Assembly: GCA_951406725.2 (NCBI GenBank)
Contig: OX597833.1
Span: 29,016,001 to 29,080,000 of the forward strand
DNA length: 64,000 nt
Direction: 5' to 3'
DNA from: Octopus vulgaris
Taxonomy: Eukaryota
The position numbers and the translations under genes were made by a program. The notes under the pieces were generated by a model that had not been told where the DNA came from, ran no database searches, and was given only the letters and a program-made list of their open reading frames with translations. Shown here in pieces: positions 26,186 to 39,265 of the stretch. Numbering within the stretch: position 1 is the first letter of the stretch; every line of letters starts with the position of its first letter.

Positions 26186-26345
26186 TGAAGTTCAAACATC
26201 TGAAGTCATTCTTCACTACATCATCCCACATCTTCCTTGGTTTCCCTTTTCCACAGGTTCCAGCCACGTTTAACAATTGACACTTTATACAGCCCTCTTC
26301 ATCTGTCCACATCACCTGACCAGACCAGTATACTACATCTGATAC
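26186..26345 (-). pseudogene. RTE LINE C-terminal fragment
   Basis: WSGQVMW...NVAGTCGKGKPRKMWDDVVKND resembles the RTE LRWFGHV...GRGRPRKTW motif. Confidence 0.6.
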
Positions 26346-27554
26346 CACTTAATGCTTAATATGTGTGTGTGTGTATATGAGTTCTTGGCTTTGGGTAACA
26401 GAAAATACAGGAGGATCAATTAATTATGATTTTATTCAACATATTCCCCTCTCAGATTCACTCACTTATTGCAGCAGTCCTTCAGTTTTTCTAGCTTCCA
26501 GCCAGGCCTTTCACAATACCCTTAAAGCCAAGAACTTTTCAGCATCTCTTCATATATATATATGTGTGTGTGTCTTCTTTCAGTCATTGGTCTGTGGCCA
26601 TATTGGGGCACTGTCTTGAAGGGTTTTGAACAAACCAACCCCAGTACTTATTTTTGAAGTCTGGTACTTATTCTATTACTCTCTATGCTTAACTGCTAAG
26701 TTACAAGGATGTGAACAAACCAACACTGATTGGCAAGCAGTGGATGGGAATACAAACAGACACAGAGGAATATGCAGATATATGTATATATGTGACAGGC
26801 TTCCACACAGTGATTGTCTACCAGATCCATGCACAAAGTATTGATTGACCTAGGACTACACCAGAAGATACCCAAGTGGGACTGAACCTGAAACCACATG
26901 GTTGCAAAGTGAGCACCTTAACCACAGAGCCATGTCTTTGCCTAATATTGGTTTCGAATTTTGGCACAAGGCCACCAGTTTTGGGAGAGGGGCCAAGCCC
27001 ATTACATTGACTCCATTGCTCAATTTGTATTTTATCAACCCCAAAAGGATGAAGAGAAAAGTCAACCTTGGTGGAATTTGAATTCAGAATGTAGAGATGG
27101 ATGAAATGCCACTAAGCATCTTGCCCGGCATGCTAACAATTCTGCCTTGTCTGTGCCTAATATTAAATGGCAACATACAGGTACACTACCAGTTTTCTGG
27201 CATGCTTGGTTCCAGGCCTATGCTGGATTAAAAGGGGTTACTAAATACCAATTCAGATTATTTAGAGGGTTAGTGTTAGAATTAAATACTTACATCTTTT
27301 GATTCAGTGTAAGGAGAGTGTTGCTGCCTCCAGAAGTTTTTAATGAGTAAACCACATGTGTTGTGAATGCTTGGTAATGTTAAAGTTATTAATGATTGCA
27401 GAAAATTTAAGTGTGCCCATATAATTCTGTTTAGATTAAAAAGTAAATGTATCATTAGTAGATGAAAGATCTGTAGTATACCTTTGTGTGTGTGTGTATG
27501 TGCATATATTTGTATGTAAGGTATGTATGTGCATGTGTATATATGTATATATAT

Positions 27555-27597
<43 letters not shown>

Positions 27598-27601
27598 CAT
27601 A

Positions 27602-28369
27602 CTAGCAATAATGCCATTGTTGATCAGGTAACTACTTTTACTGTTTATCGGGTCAAGAAGCTAGAAAAATGGGTAAATATCGAAGAATAGCTTTATGGAA
27701 TCCAGTTGACAGCGAGGTCAAGTGGAACATCACTGTTCATATAGGAAAAGCATTGCAAGTCGTGCGTGTTTGTTTTTTATGATTTTTTTTTAGTAGACAT
27801 TTTCTTGATTAGGAATATCAGTAGTAATAGTGAAATGAAATTACAAATGCTGTGTCGTCAATGTTAGTGCTGAAATTCCAATGCTATATTACAGGAATGG
27901 AAGGCAAGGCAACAGTAAGTAATAGTCCAATGAAATTATAAATGATGTGTCCTGTTAGTGAGAATTAGGTTTACTCGTCCTGTATATGTGTATTATATAT
28001 AAGAGAAAAACATGTAATAATTGAAGTAGAAAAAAATATGGATTTCATATATGAACTTCTATTTGTTCTTCAAGTTGCAATCCAGCAACTTTTAGTGTTT
28101 GGCTCTGACTTTTATTAATGTTCATGGCAAAAGAAAGTGGGATAGGAAACTGTAAGGGCTTAAATTTGAATGGGATATTAGGTAGTATAACTGGTATGTG
28201 TGGAATGAGGACTTTGTCATGTTTACCACAACCAGTGAGAATATTTTCCTCGATGCAGTTCGTTATAGGTTTGTGCACATTTAGTTTTGCCTCCTTTGAA
28301 CCATTTACTTTCATTTTATGGGACAAACAAACACACAAACAGACAGAATCTCTCATATATATATATAGA
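27602..28369 (-). mobile_element. Deleted Helitron carrying a Pif1-type helicase fragment
   Basis: 5' TC at 28369 and 3' CTAG at 27602-27605 in an A|T site. ORF 28045-28374 contains ILTGCG...VLIPHIP...FKFKPLQFPIPLSFAMNINKSQSQTL (RepHel C-terminal helicase motif). Confidence 0.8.
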
Positions 28370-28936
28370 TACAATATATATACTTACTTGGAAATGGATG
28401 TTTGGCGTTCAATCAAATAATAATATAAATAATGTATATGCATATGTATATATATATACCCTATGTGTGTGTGTGTGTGTATATATACATACACACACAC
28501 ATGCATATATGGGTACAGGATGTCACCAGCAGTAAACAACATGAAATACAAAAACAAATGAGTTCAATACGTGAACAGCTAGAGAAACAAATGGAAAACA
28601 GGGCAAGTAACATAAAAAACGACCCTTCATCAGTTGTTGGCTGTCTATCTACTCCTCCTTTTGAGCATTGGACAACAGTTTGAGTCTTCGAAGACAGTTG
28701 CTCCCATAAGTACAAAATAAAATTTGGGATTTATGGAGAGTCAAAGTTGGGAACAAAAACAGGATAATGGAGACTACAAAGAAACCAAACAAAAACATAG
28801 AGAGTCGTTAGACCAGAACGAGGGTAAAATAGCAAACGCTGGGGAAATATTTTCTTTGACAAGAGAAAAGATAGAAGAGAGAGATAGGATACATCCAGTC
28901 CTTAGGACAGTCCTGAAAGAAAAGAAAGATGATCAT

Positions 28937-28989
<53 letters not shown>

Positions 28990-29189
28990 TCTCACCTTTT
29001 CTTGTATTTATCTTATCCTATCAACCTGTTTTAGATTGTATATGCCATGTGAGCACGACCTGAAGATTGCATGAAGGCACCAGACGTGTTATAAAATGCT
29101 GTGTTGTTTTCATTGTATGAAACTATTAGTAGTGCATAAAAATATATCATCATCATCATGGCTCAGCTTTGCGAACGAAGATCAGGAAA

Positions 29190-32100
29190 GCTGTCCACAT
29201 CACGTGCATGCATGCTCATGACTGACAAGTCTGATATGGGAAAGGCAGGTCCGTGAGCAGTGTCCACAGACGAAGGTAACATCCAGTGTGATGTCAGAGG
29301 TGGCTCGCGCCTTCCTCTTGTGTCTCTTGTCTTTAAGCGCGTCTCTTCTTTGTTCCTCAAACTTGCTGACTGCGTTGAAGATTGTGTGGCGCCAGGTCTG
29401 ACCAGCATTGGCGGTTAATATGGCATGCTGTTAGAGACTTCTTGAGGCAGTCTTTGTAGTGCTTCCTCAGAGCTCATCTCACATAGTGGCCGGTGCAGAG
29501 TTCGCCAAACAGGGCAATCTTAGGAAGGCGATGGTTCTCCATTCTGGAGACATGCCTTGCCCATCGGAGGTGAGACTTCAGTAGCATGGCTTCAATGCTG
29601 GGGATCTCAGTCCGCTCCAAGACTTCAATATTTGTGACAAAATCACACCCATGTATGTTGAGGATGGTGCGCAGACATCATTGGTGGAAGCACTCGAGGA
29701 GACGGATGTGACTGCAGTAAGTGATCCAGGTCTCTGAGCCATAGAGAAGAGTGGTGAGAACCACGGCCCTGTAGACACTGATCTTTGTTTTGTTCTTCAG
29801 GTTATTATTGTACCAAACACGTTTGTACAATCTGCCTTAGAGAGTCTATTTTCAATTACTTTATCGATCCTTGCATCGAATGAGATGATGCAGCCCAGGT
29901 ATGTAAACTGCTGAGTTGATTTCAGTTAGGTACTGCAGATAGTGATGTGGGGTGGGCGGTATTCCTCTTGGGGTGTAGGTTGGTGACCTCCATCTTCTTG
30001 AGGCTGACCTCCAGGCCAAAGAGCCACGAGGCATCTGCTAAGCAGGACGTGATGCGCTGCAGAGCTCGCTCTGTGTGGATGACAAGGACAGCGTCGTCTG
30101 CAAAGAGAAGGTCTCGGATCAGCCTCTCCTGGGTCTTGGTGTGGGCTTGGAGGCACCGTAGATTGAAGAGGCTGCCATCCAGACGATACCTAACATACAC
30201 CCCATCCTCATTCTCCATATCTTCAGTTGCATTCTTGATCATCATGCTGAAGAGAGTCGGTGCCAGGACACAACCCTGCTTCATGCCGTTGGAGATGGGG
30301 AAGGGCTCCGACAGGGCACCATTGAGTCTGATCTGACCACACTGATTCTCGTGCAGCTGGATCACCATCTGTAGAAACTTGGTGGGACAGCCAAGTCGTT
30401 CCAGGAAGAGCCATAGTCCTGTCCTGCTCACTGTGTCAAATGCTTTTCTGAGGTCGACAAAAGTAGCATAGAGTCCCCTGTTTTGTTCTTGACACTTCTC
30501 CTGGAGTTGGCGGAGGACGAACACCATATCCGTTGTGCCTCTGTTGGCTCTGAAGCCACACTCGCTCTCGGGGAGGTTTTCTTCAGCGATGGTTGGTACT
30601 AGCCTATTGAGCAGGATCCTGGCAAGTACTTTGCCAGCGATGGAGAGTAGGGTGATTCCCTGGTAGTTGGAGCAGTCAGACTTTTCACTCTTGTTCTTGT
30701 ACAGGGTTATGATAATGGCGTTGCGAAGATCCTGTGGCAGCTTGCTCTGCTCCCAGCAGCAGACAAGAAAATCATGGACCTCCATTCTTCCAGATTTCTG
30801 GTGGGATGCCGTCAACTCCTGCTGCTTTGCGACTCTTGAGTTGTCCTATGGCTTCAATCGTTTCTTCGAGGGTGGGTGGTTTGTTGAGCTCCTCTTTGAG
30901 TGGAAGTTGAGGAATGCGAATGATGGCAGCGTCCTGTATGGTACGGTTAGCACTGAAGAGGCTTTGGAAGTGCTTGGACCAGCAAGCGAGGATGGAGGTG
31001 TTATCGGTGAGGAGGTCCTGTCCATCTGAACTGCACAGGGGACTCTGGACCAGGTGGGTGGGTCCATACACTGCTTTCAGAGCCTCATAGAAGCCTCTAT
31101 AGTCTACGAGGTCAGCACACAGCTGGGTTCTCCATGCCAGGTGATCCCACCACTCGTTCTGCATTTCGCTGTAGGGTGCTGCATGCGTGTCAAAAGGTAG
31201 TTTTCTTTACAGGACAGGCTGGTTGTGCGAGGTGGGCCTGATGACCTACCCTCTTCTTTGCTAGATATTCCCGGATCTCCTTGTTTTTCTTCTTTGTGTG
31301 TCTGAGAACCTCCACAGATGTCTTAAGGATGGCTGATTTCAGGTTCTCCCACAAGGTGTCTGGGGTGGTGTCATCAGTGTAGGAGGATTCGTCTAGTCTT
31401 TGCTGTAGGTTTGCTTGGAACTTGATTTTCACTTCCTCCCAGCACAAGCTGTCGACATTGAGTTTCTTTACGGGGTTACCTTTCTTCTTGGGTTTGGGTT
31501 TGAACTGCAGTTTGAGCTTGCAGCATGGTCAGTGTGGCACTCTGCACTGGGCATCACTCTTGTGTGTAGAATGTCTTTCAAGTCTCGCTGGTGCACAAGC
31601 ACATAGTCAAGTAGATGTCAATGTTTGGACCGGGGATGCATCCAAGTTGTTTTCAGACAGTCTTTCTGTTGGAAGATTGTGTTGTTAATAGCAAGTTGGT
31701 GCTCTGTGCAGAACTCGAGCAGGAGGTGCCTGTTGTCATTACAGCCACCAATGCTGTATCTTCCAAGGACTCCTTTCCAAGCCTCTGAGTTCCTCCCAAC
31801 TCTTGTGTTGAAGTCGCCAAGGATCAGGACCTTGTCGTTTGCAGGGGTGTTATTCAAGAGTCTGTACAGATCAGAATAGAAGCTGTCTTTGTCCGCAGAA
31901 TCTGCCAGTAGAGTTGGAGCATAAACACTGAAGAGCGTGAGATGTTGTTTGCTCTCCAGTGGTAGGCGCATGGATATGATGCGGTCCGAGTGACCCATGG
32001 GTAACGTTTCCAGTTTGGAGGTGATGGAATTCCTCACCATGAGTTCTACACCCGACACACGTTTTTCAGATGGTGGTTTTCTGGACCAGAATAGGGTCTA

Positions 32101-32310
32101 GCCAGTGCCACGTTCTTTGAGGCTGCCCTTGTCAGCGAAGCGGACCTCGCTGAGAGCTGCTATATCAATGTTGAGATGGGAGACTTCATGAGCTATGAGA
32201 GACGAACGACGTTCCAGGCGGCTGCTGTCAGCCTTGTCAAGCATGGTCCTGACATTCCAGCAGGCAACTTTCAACTCCTGCTTACTTTTCTTCGGTTTTG
32301 TTTCCATGTT
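29190..32310 (-). pseudogene. RTE ORF (APE endonuclease + reverse transcriptase), disrupted by frameshifts and stops
   Basis: ACWNVRT, IAALSEVR, FSVYAPT, ILGDFN, NNTIFQQK, KAAGVDGIPPE, NYQGITLLS, FVDLRKAFD, KQGCVLAPTLF, LFADDA. Confidence 0.93.
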
Positions 32311-33006
32311 TGTTCGACCGCTCTGAAGATGCCCGTTGACCACGGCTAGCCAACTGGGTATAGAGGAGACAAGCTTTGTTTAGGTGAACCTTTTCTACTG
32401 CCCCTCTCCATGTGGAGCAGGCAGTGCTCTCCCTGAATAGAGCTGCCCGGTCGCTCAGGATACTGCCGAGTGGTGTTGTCGCCTCTGGGTCGACAAGCAG
32501 GCGACCAAAGTCCTGACCGCCTACATGTAGGGTCGAGACTATGGCTTCCAGTGACATCTTCCACCTGCCGCTTTCGCCCCTTTCCCATCGCTGCAGGGCT
32601 TTTAGGATGGCTGGTCACAGAATGTGGACATGTCCTTTGGCCTGCGCTAGGGAGTTTTAAGGTGAAGTGCAGTGCACGCAAACTGGCCCCACCCTTTAAG
32701 CACAAGGCTCATCTGCCATGGCCTAGCGAGCTGAGACGGTGACAGCGAGATCCTCGGGCTGTAGGTTTGAAGTCGGAGTTATCCTCTTCTAGGAGGGTTG
32801 CCAACCATGGCTGATGAGCCCCTCCTGCCCGTGCCATCCAAACCATGGCGAAAGAGAGACAGACACACGCACAAAGCACTCCAAACACACGTTGTTGGAT
32901 GGCCGTTGACAACGCTGTAGTTCTTCCGCCCTTTGACAGGTCTTATTTTTTGTCCTCCAGGGTGTCCAACCAACACCCACCTCACCAAGCAAGCCTGGTG
33001 GAGTTG

Positions 33007-33082
33007 CCAGTTTAGTCGCCGACGACCCGGCCATGTAACAGGTTGTACTGGACTACATGGTACCAGTAGCACTCAAGTGACC
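33007..33082 (-). ncRNA. Candidate degenerate HDV-like ribozyme at the RTE 5' end
   Basis: Minus strand: GGUCAC (P1) ... CCAGU (P2) ... ACCUGU (L3) ... AUGGCC (P1') GG, GUCG-UCGG-CGA (P4), CUAA, ACUGG (P2'). P3 is mismatched and P1 has one mismatch. Confidence 0.4.
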
Positions 33083-33498
33083 TGACACTAAATAAAAATA
33101 TATACTGTGTTCATTAAACGATATTTATCTCTCACCAGACGGAGTACTTTTTTTTGTTGATATTACCTTCACAGAGCAGTATACTATATATGTATACTTT
33201 ATATATATATAAATATATATCATCATCATCATCATCATCGTTTAACGTCCGCTTTCCATGCTAGCATGGGTTGGACGGTCCAACTGGGGTCTGGGAAGCT
33301 AGAAGGCTGCACCAGGCCCAGTCTGATCTGGCAATGTTTCTACAGCTGGATGCCCTTCCTAACGCCAACCACTCCGTGAGTTTAGTGGGTGCTTTTTACG
33401 TGCCACCGACATGGAGACCAGACGAAGCTGGCAATGGCCACGATCGGATGGTGCTTTTTACGTGCCACCAGCACGGAGGCCAGTCAGGGCACCGCTGG

Positions 33499-33500
<2 letters not shown>

Positions 33501-33560
<60 letters not shown>

Positions 33561-33899
33561 ATGTATATGTATATATATATCTGTATATATATGTATGTAT
33601 ATATAATGTGTATATATATATATCTCTGTATATATATGTATGTATATATAATGTGTATATATATATATATATGTATGTATATATAATGTGTATATATATA
33701 TATATATCTGTATATATATGTATGTGTATATATAATGTATATATATCTATATATATATAATGTATATGTATATATAATGTATATATATCTGTATATATAT
33801 GTATATATATATAATGTATATGTATATATAATGTATATATATATATCTGTATATATATGTATGTATATATATATATATATATCTGTATATATATGTATG

Positions 33900-33931
<32 letters not shown>

Positions 33932-34155
33932 ATGTATATATATATCTGTATATATATATAATGTATATGTATATATATCTGTATATATATATAATGTATA
34001 TATATATCTGTATATATATATAATGTATATGTATATATAATGTATATATATATCTGTATATATATATATAATGTATATGTATATATATATCTGTATATAT
34101 ATGTATATATATATATGCATGTATATATATATATGTATATATATATATATGTATG

Positions 34156-34188
<33 letters not shown>

Positions 34189-34243
34189 GTATATATATGT
34201 ATGTATGTATGTATATATGTATATATATATATATATGTATATA
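33501..34243. repeat. Complex TA-based minisatellite (tatatataatg / tatatctg variants)
   Basis: Directly visible; produces the YI/IY ORF artefacts. Confidence 0.95.
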
Positions 34244-34245
34244 TG

Positions 34246-35481
34246 TTTTTTTTTATCTAGTTTCAGCTCACAAGCTGTGGCCATGCTGGGGCACCGCCAT
34301 TTGGTGTTGCTACATGATTTTACTTCACAAATGCTTTTTAGCAATTGCCATTTGGTGCATGAGAGAGTTTGATGCAGCTGCCCTCATCTGCACCTCCTGC
34401 CGTGAAGTTGGTTCATCTGGGACACCTGACAAGAAGAGATCCAGTTTTATTTTAAAGACATCTGCATCCACCCCATGCAGGTCTCTTAGGTTCTTCGGGA
34501 GGATATTGAGGAGCTGTGGGCCTCGGAAGCCCAGGCTATCACAGTATCTTGTCCTACATCTTGATGGCAAATTTGGAGTCCTTGGCACTATGCAGTGGCA
34601 CCCAGTTCTGGCATTTGTGTAACTCTCGATCCTTCTAGGATCTTCCAGATGTATATTATGGCATATCTTTCTCGCCTACGCTCTAAGGAATAGAATCTTT
34701 CCCAATAGCTTATATGCTGCACAGAGGCTATCTTCTTCGTGTAGCTTCGTTGGATCGCCTCAAGTTCTGTGATTAACTTGACACTGGATGGTGACCATAG
34801 CTGAGAGCAATAGTCAAAGTGGCTTAGGACAAGTGTCCTCCAGAGGACCATCATGGTTTCCTGGTCTCTTGTTCTAAAGGTTCTAAGAATCCATCCGGTC
34901 AGCCGCCTACATTTCATTCCCAATTTAGCAAAATGCACATGAAAGGTTGCATCATCACTCATGTAAATACCCAGGTCTCGCACTGATTGTGCCTCTGGGA
35001 TTGCAATCCCTCCAGGTCCAGTGTATTTATTGGGTATTGAATTTAGTTTTGCATGCTGATAGCATAAAGCTTGAAACTTTTCAGCATTGAACTGCATGCT
35101 ATTCTGTTCAGCCCACTTGTATATTTTGTCCAGCTCACATTGCAGGTGCTTAGTGTCTTCAGGGTTCTGTATTGCCTGTGAAACTTTTGTATCATCTGCA
35201 TAACTTGTGATTGTGGCTCTCTGCATGGTTGAGGGCATGTCTGAGAGGGCCATTATGAACAGTAGTTGTCCCAAAACAGTGCCTTGCGGAATACCGCTCA
35301 CTATTTGCATGTTAATGGAAGTGGCCCCATTGGCTACTACCACCTGACTTCTATCCTTCAGAAAGTCATGAAGCCATTCTCCCAATTTTCCAACTATGCC
35401 AAGATCACGCAGTTTGTGACATATCATTCCATGATCGACTTTATCAAAGGCCTTTGCTAAGTCGAGATATATGACTTCCAC
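34246..35481 (-). mobile_element. 5'-truncated CR1/L2-group LINE (RT through 3' end)
   Basis: [69 protein letters not shown]; 3' stem-loop and A-rich tail; sits between TA microsatellites. Confidence 0.9.
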
Positions 35482-35503
35482 ATATACATATATATACTTC
35501 TAC

Positions 35504-35565
<62 letters not shown>

Positions 35566-35776
35566 ATGTATATATATGTATATGTATTTATGTGTATGTA
35601 TATAGGTATATATATATATGTATGTATATATGTGTATGTATATAGGTATATATATATATGTATATATATGTGTGTGTGTATATATATATATATATGTATG
35701 TATATATATGTGTGTGTGTATATATATATATGTATATATATATATGTATATATATATATGTATATATATGTGTGTG

Positions 35777-35819
<43 letters not shown>

Positions 35820-35851
35820 GTATGTGTGTATATATGTATATATATATATAT
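35482..35851. repeat. TA/TG compound microsatellite
   Basis: Directly visible. Confidence 0.95.
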
Positions 35852-35938
35852 AATACTTTGATAAGTTTTTTACAGAAAAAAATTTCATCAAAAAAGTGGC
35901 AGCATATTAAAATACCTTTAAAGGTTAAAATTATAAAC

Positions 35939-36293
35939 AACTTATTAACAAGGGCCAAAGAAAATTATTTCTATGCCAATATGCTGATAACAGACTTTTA
36001 AATCGTCAACTTCCACATATTATTATACGTACTACAGAAATACGTTGTTTTTCATTTATTTCTATTCGTATTTTCTACTGAATAAGAAAAAATCTATTAT
36101 GAGATTAATTCCGAAATTGATTCAATATAGAAATAACAAACTTTTTTTTAAAAATTCTGTTGGCTAGCTTTCCTCGATTTCAGCACAATATATTTCTGTA
36201 GTGGGTACAATAATATGTGGAAATTGACAATTTAAAAGTCTGTTATCAGCATATTGGCATAGAAATAATTTTCTTTTGCCCTTGTTTATAAGT

Positions 36294-36294
<1 letters not shown>
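35939..36294. repeat. Inverted repeat with ~105-bp arms (35939-36047 / 36185-36294); MITE- or pLTR-like
   Basis: aacttattaacaagggccaaagaaaattatttctatgccaatatgctgataacagactttt... mirrored by ...aaaagtctgttatcagcatattggcatagaaataattttcttttgcccttgtttataagtt. Confidence 0.85.
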
Positions 36295-36324
<30 letters not shown>

Positions 36325-36559
36325 GTGTGTGTGTGTGTGTAAGATAGAGGGAAAGATTAGGACCTTTGGTTATTATGCAGTGATATCCAGTTTTGAGGGG
36401 TGGTTTAGCTTATTATTCCTAAGTTAGATGCTAAACTCTCCAGGATTTTCTATGTCTCAATGTATCTTTTGCATCTTCATTCTAGCAATTAGAGCCTCCT
36501 TCCCCAGTAGTTCATCTGTTGCACTGAAGCAATCTTCTTGATATAACAGTATTTGGATT

Positions 36560-37250
36560 ACTTTTGAGCTCTACTATTTGCTTGATGCTATATGATGACC
36601 AGCAATAATCTAGGACCAACATAGTCTCCTCTTTTCTTGTTCTGGGTAATCTCAGAATCCAACCAACCAGTTGCCCGTAAATTATTGTCATCTTACTATA
36701 TTAATATATACAATCAGAATGATGCATCATTATGTGGATTCCCACATCACACACTGACTGTGACATTGGAATTGCAATAACCCCTAGTCCTGTACATTTT
36801 GATTGAATATGTTTGTGGGGATCTTGAAAATTTTCAACATTGTACTGCATGTTGTTTTGCTCAGTCTACTTGTATATTGCAATTAGGATGTTGTATATTG
36901 TATACTGCATTTAGTAGTTTTGCATCATCATCAGGGTTCTTGATTGCCTGTATTTCATATTATCAGCGTAGCTGGTGAAGGTGGTTGAATACATGACAAA
37001 GGACAATGTCTGAGAGAGCAACCACAAACATTTGTTGTTCCAGTACATTTCCATGAAGGACTCTGCTTTGATTTCATGTCCCCTTAGTGACTTTTCAACT
37101 TAATTTTCCAACAATGCTGAAGTTACACATTTTGTAAGATATTGTCATCAAATTTATCAAAGATCTTGCAAAGTTGAAGTATATCACATTCACATTTTGG
37201 TGATATTGCTGTCTTAGTACCTTTGCAATACAGTAGTTGTATGAAACAAC
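36560..37250 (-). pseudogene. Old, highly decayed CR1-group RT fragment
   Basis: Remnants NVNVIYFNFARSL, IVGKL and TFTSYADN, colinear with the 34588-35481 RT. Confidence 0.5.
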
Positions 37251-37326
37251 TTCTGCATGCATATATGTATGTATGTACATACATACATGCATGCATATAT
37301 ACTCATACATATGTACATATGTATGA

Positions 37327-37377
<51 letters not shown>

Positions 37378-38074
37378 CAAAAATACTACAGGCACACAGA
37401 CACATCTATTCACGCACATGCAGAGAGACACACATACTCACCTCATGCTAACCCCAAAATCATTGATACTTGAAGGAAAGCCATAAACAGAAAAAAACGG
37501 GTACATTTTTCTCAATTCAACATTTCTGCTAAAACGGACAGGTCAGTAAACAAACTCGCCTTGAATTCATAATATTCTGTACTGACCCAGAGATGTATAA
37601 TATATTCATTTTAATTTTTTCTGCCAATTTTTCAAATATTCTCACCATACTGTTGTACTATGTTCTTTTTACCAAAGACTGTATATACATGTAATGTGAC
37701 AATTTGCAACAACCAATAATTAACGCAACCAAACTTCCAATAATATATTTGTTTTATTCTTTTCTGCCCCTTTTTTTCAAATATTCTCATCACACTGTTG
37801 AACTTCTTTATGCCCTTAACATATCCCTGTTACCAAAGACTATATATATACATGTAATGTGGCAATTATGTAAAAAAAACTTTTTTGAATTCATAATATT
37901 CAATGTGGCAATTATGTAAAAAACTTTTTTGAATTCATAATATTCTATGTTACTTTTGACAATCTTTTTCCAAAGAGTGAAACCGGTTAAGTAAATAAAC
38001 ATCTTTTAAATTGCATTTTCAAACCTTCTTTCGTATATAATTCCACTCGTGTGATACCCCACAACTCAACTTTG

Positions 38075-38131
<57 letters not shown>

Positions 38132-38239
38132 TGAATATGGTACTTAATTTGAGGTACCAGAATTTAGTATGGTATTATCCATACAATTTCAAAATAAGGT
38201 GATTAAAATTAAAATAAGGGACAAGGATATCCAGAGGTA

Positions 38240-38302
38240 GTGCAGTATGAGCATTTCAAGCAACTCCATTTAATTGAACAATGCAACCATCCTCAGCTGC
38301 AT
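38240..38302 (-). ncRNA. Type I hammerhead ribozyme motif (core intact, stem II partly deleted)
   Basis: atgcag-CUGAGGA-...-GAAA-ugcuca-UA-cugcac. Confidence 0.55.
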
Positions 38303-39177
38303 AAAAACATAGAATTTAATTAAATTAAAACAGATGGACACATTAGTATAATTTTACCTAAAATCTCCAAGAAAGTAAGGAGATAGACAAAGAACATGCT
38401 GCCTTCACTTCAGCTTAGAAGCTACAAAGGTATCAGGAAGAAAGACTTGTTACAGATTTTGCTTGTCACTGTTTTATGGGGTCAGTTTTAATTTATGGAC
38501 AAGTTTTATCAAATTTTTGTATGTCTAAGGCTAAGAGAACAAGGAGCAGTGTCTGTTAGGAATAGTACTGAGGAAGTCCACAGAAATCATAATGAGTATA
38601 GTCATAAAAAAAAAACTATCAAGATTTATTAGAAGCAATATCATGAGATTTGGTAAAGGAAAACTTAAATCAAGATGTTAGCTGATGAATAAGCCCCCCC
38701 CCCGGCCACTAGCAGACCATTGATAATGAAAGGGGGGGAAATCTTATCATGTAGTACTATAGTTAAATATTTTAAACAATATTGCCATATTGTATATTGA
38801 ATACTTTTGAGTATATACCAAACTTTTACCACAATAGAGGGAGGAATAGAAATTATCTAGAAATAGTTTAATATTTATACATATTACATACTTAAATACT
38901 AACTTATCAGATGGTGTCTGTGAATATTTATCAATTGGTATATACTGGTATTTAATAAAGGAGTACTGAGGTAAAAGAACATACTAACTATATATTAATT
39001 AAATTATAATCTAAGCAGTTTAAAATCTGTAACAAGTCTTTCTTCCTGATACCTTTGTAGCTTCTAAGCTGAAGTGAAGGCAGCATGTTCTTTGTCCATC
39101 TCCTTACCTTCTTGGAGATTTTAGGTAAAATTATACTAATGTGTCCATCTGTTTTAATTTAATTATATTCTGTCTTT

Positions 39178-39265
39178 ATGCAGCCGAGGATTGCTCTGCA
39201 TTTAAATCGATGTAATGGTTGCATTGTTCAATTAAATGGAGTTACTTGAAACGATCGTACTGCAT
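39178..39265 (+). ncRNA. Type I hammerhead ribozyme motif (U4C core variant, palindromic stem III loop)
   Basis: atgcag-CCGAGGA-...-GAAAC-gatc-GUA-ctgcat; stem I atgcag/ctgcat is perfect. Confidence 0.55.

Larger units (their letters stand above)
29148..33091 (-). mobile_element. Near full-length RTE-clade LINE (~3.94 kb)
   Basis: (GAT)n 3' tail at ~29148-29159; 12-bp TSD ataaaaatatat (29136-29147 and 33092-33103); APE and RT motifs; GC-rich relative to its flanks. Confidence 0.95.

Noticed and set aside
28510-28930. CTGATGA (minus strand) in a repeat related to 44915-45065 as a hammerhead
   Set aside because: Could not build stems I and III or a correctly placed GAAA-NUH; probably Penelope-related debris.
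33389-35958. Long YI/IY/VC-repeat ORFs (also at 43964-44489 and elsewhere)
   Set aside because: TA/TG microsatellites lack stop codons in several frames; not genes.
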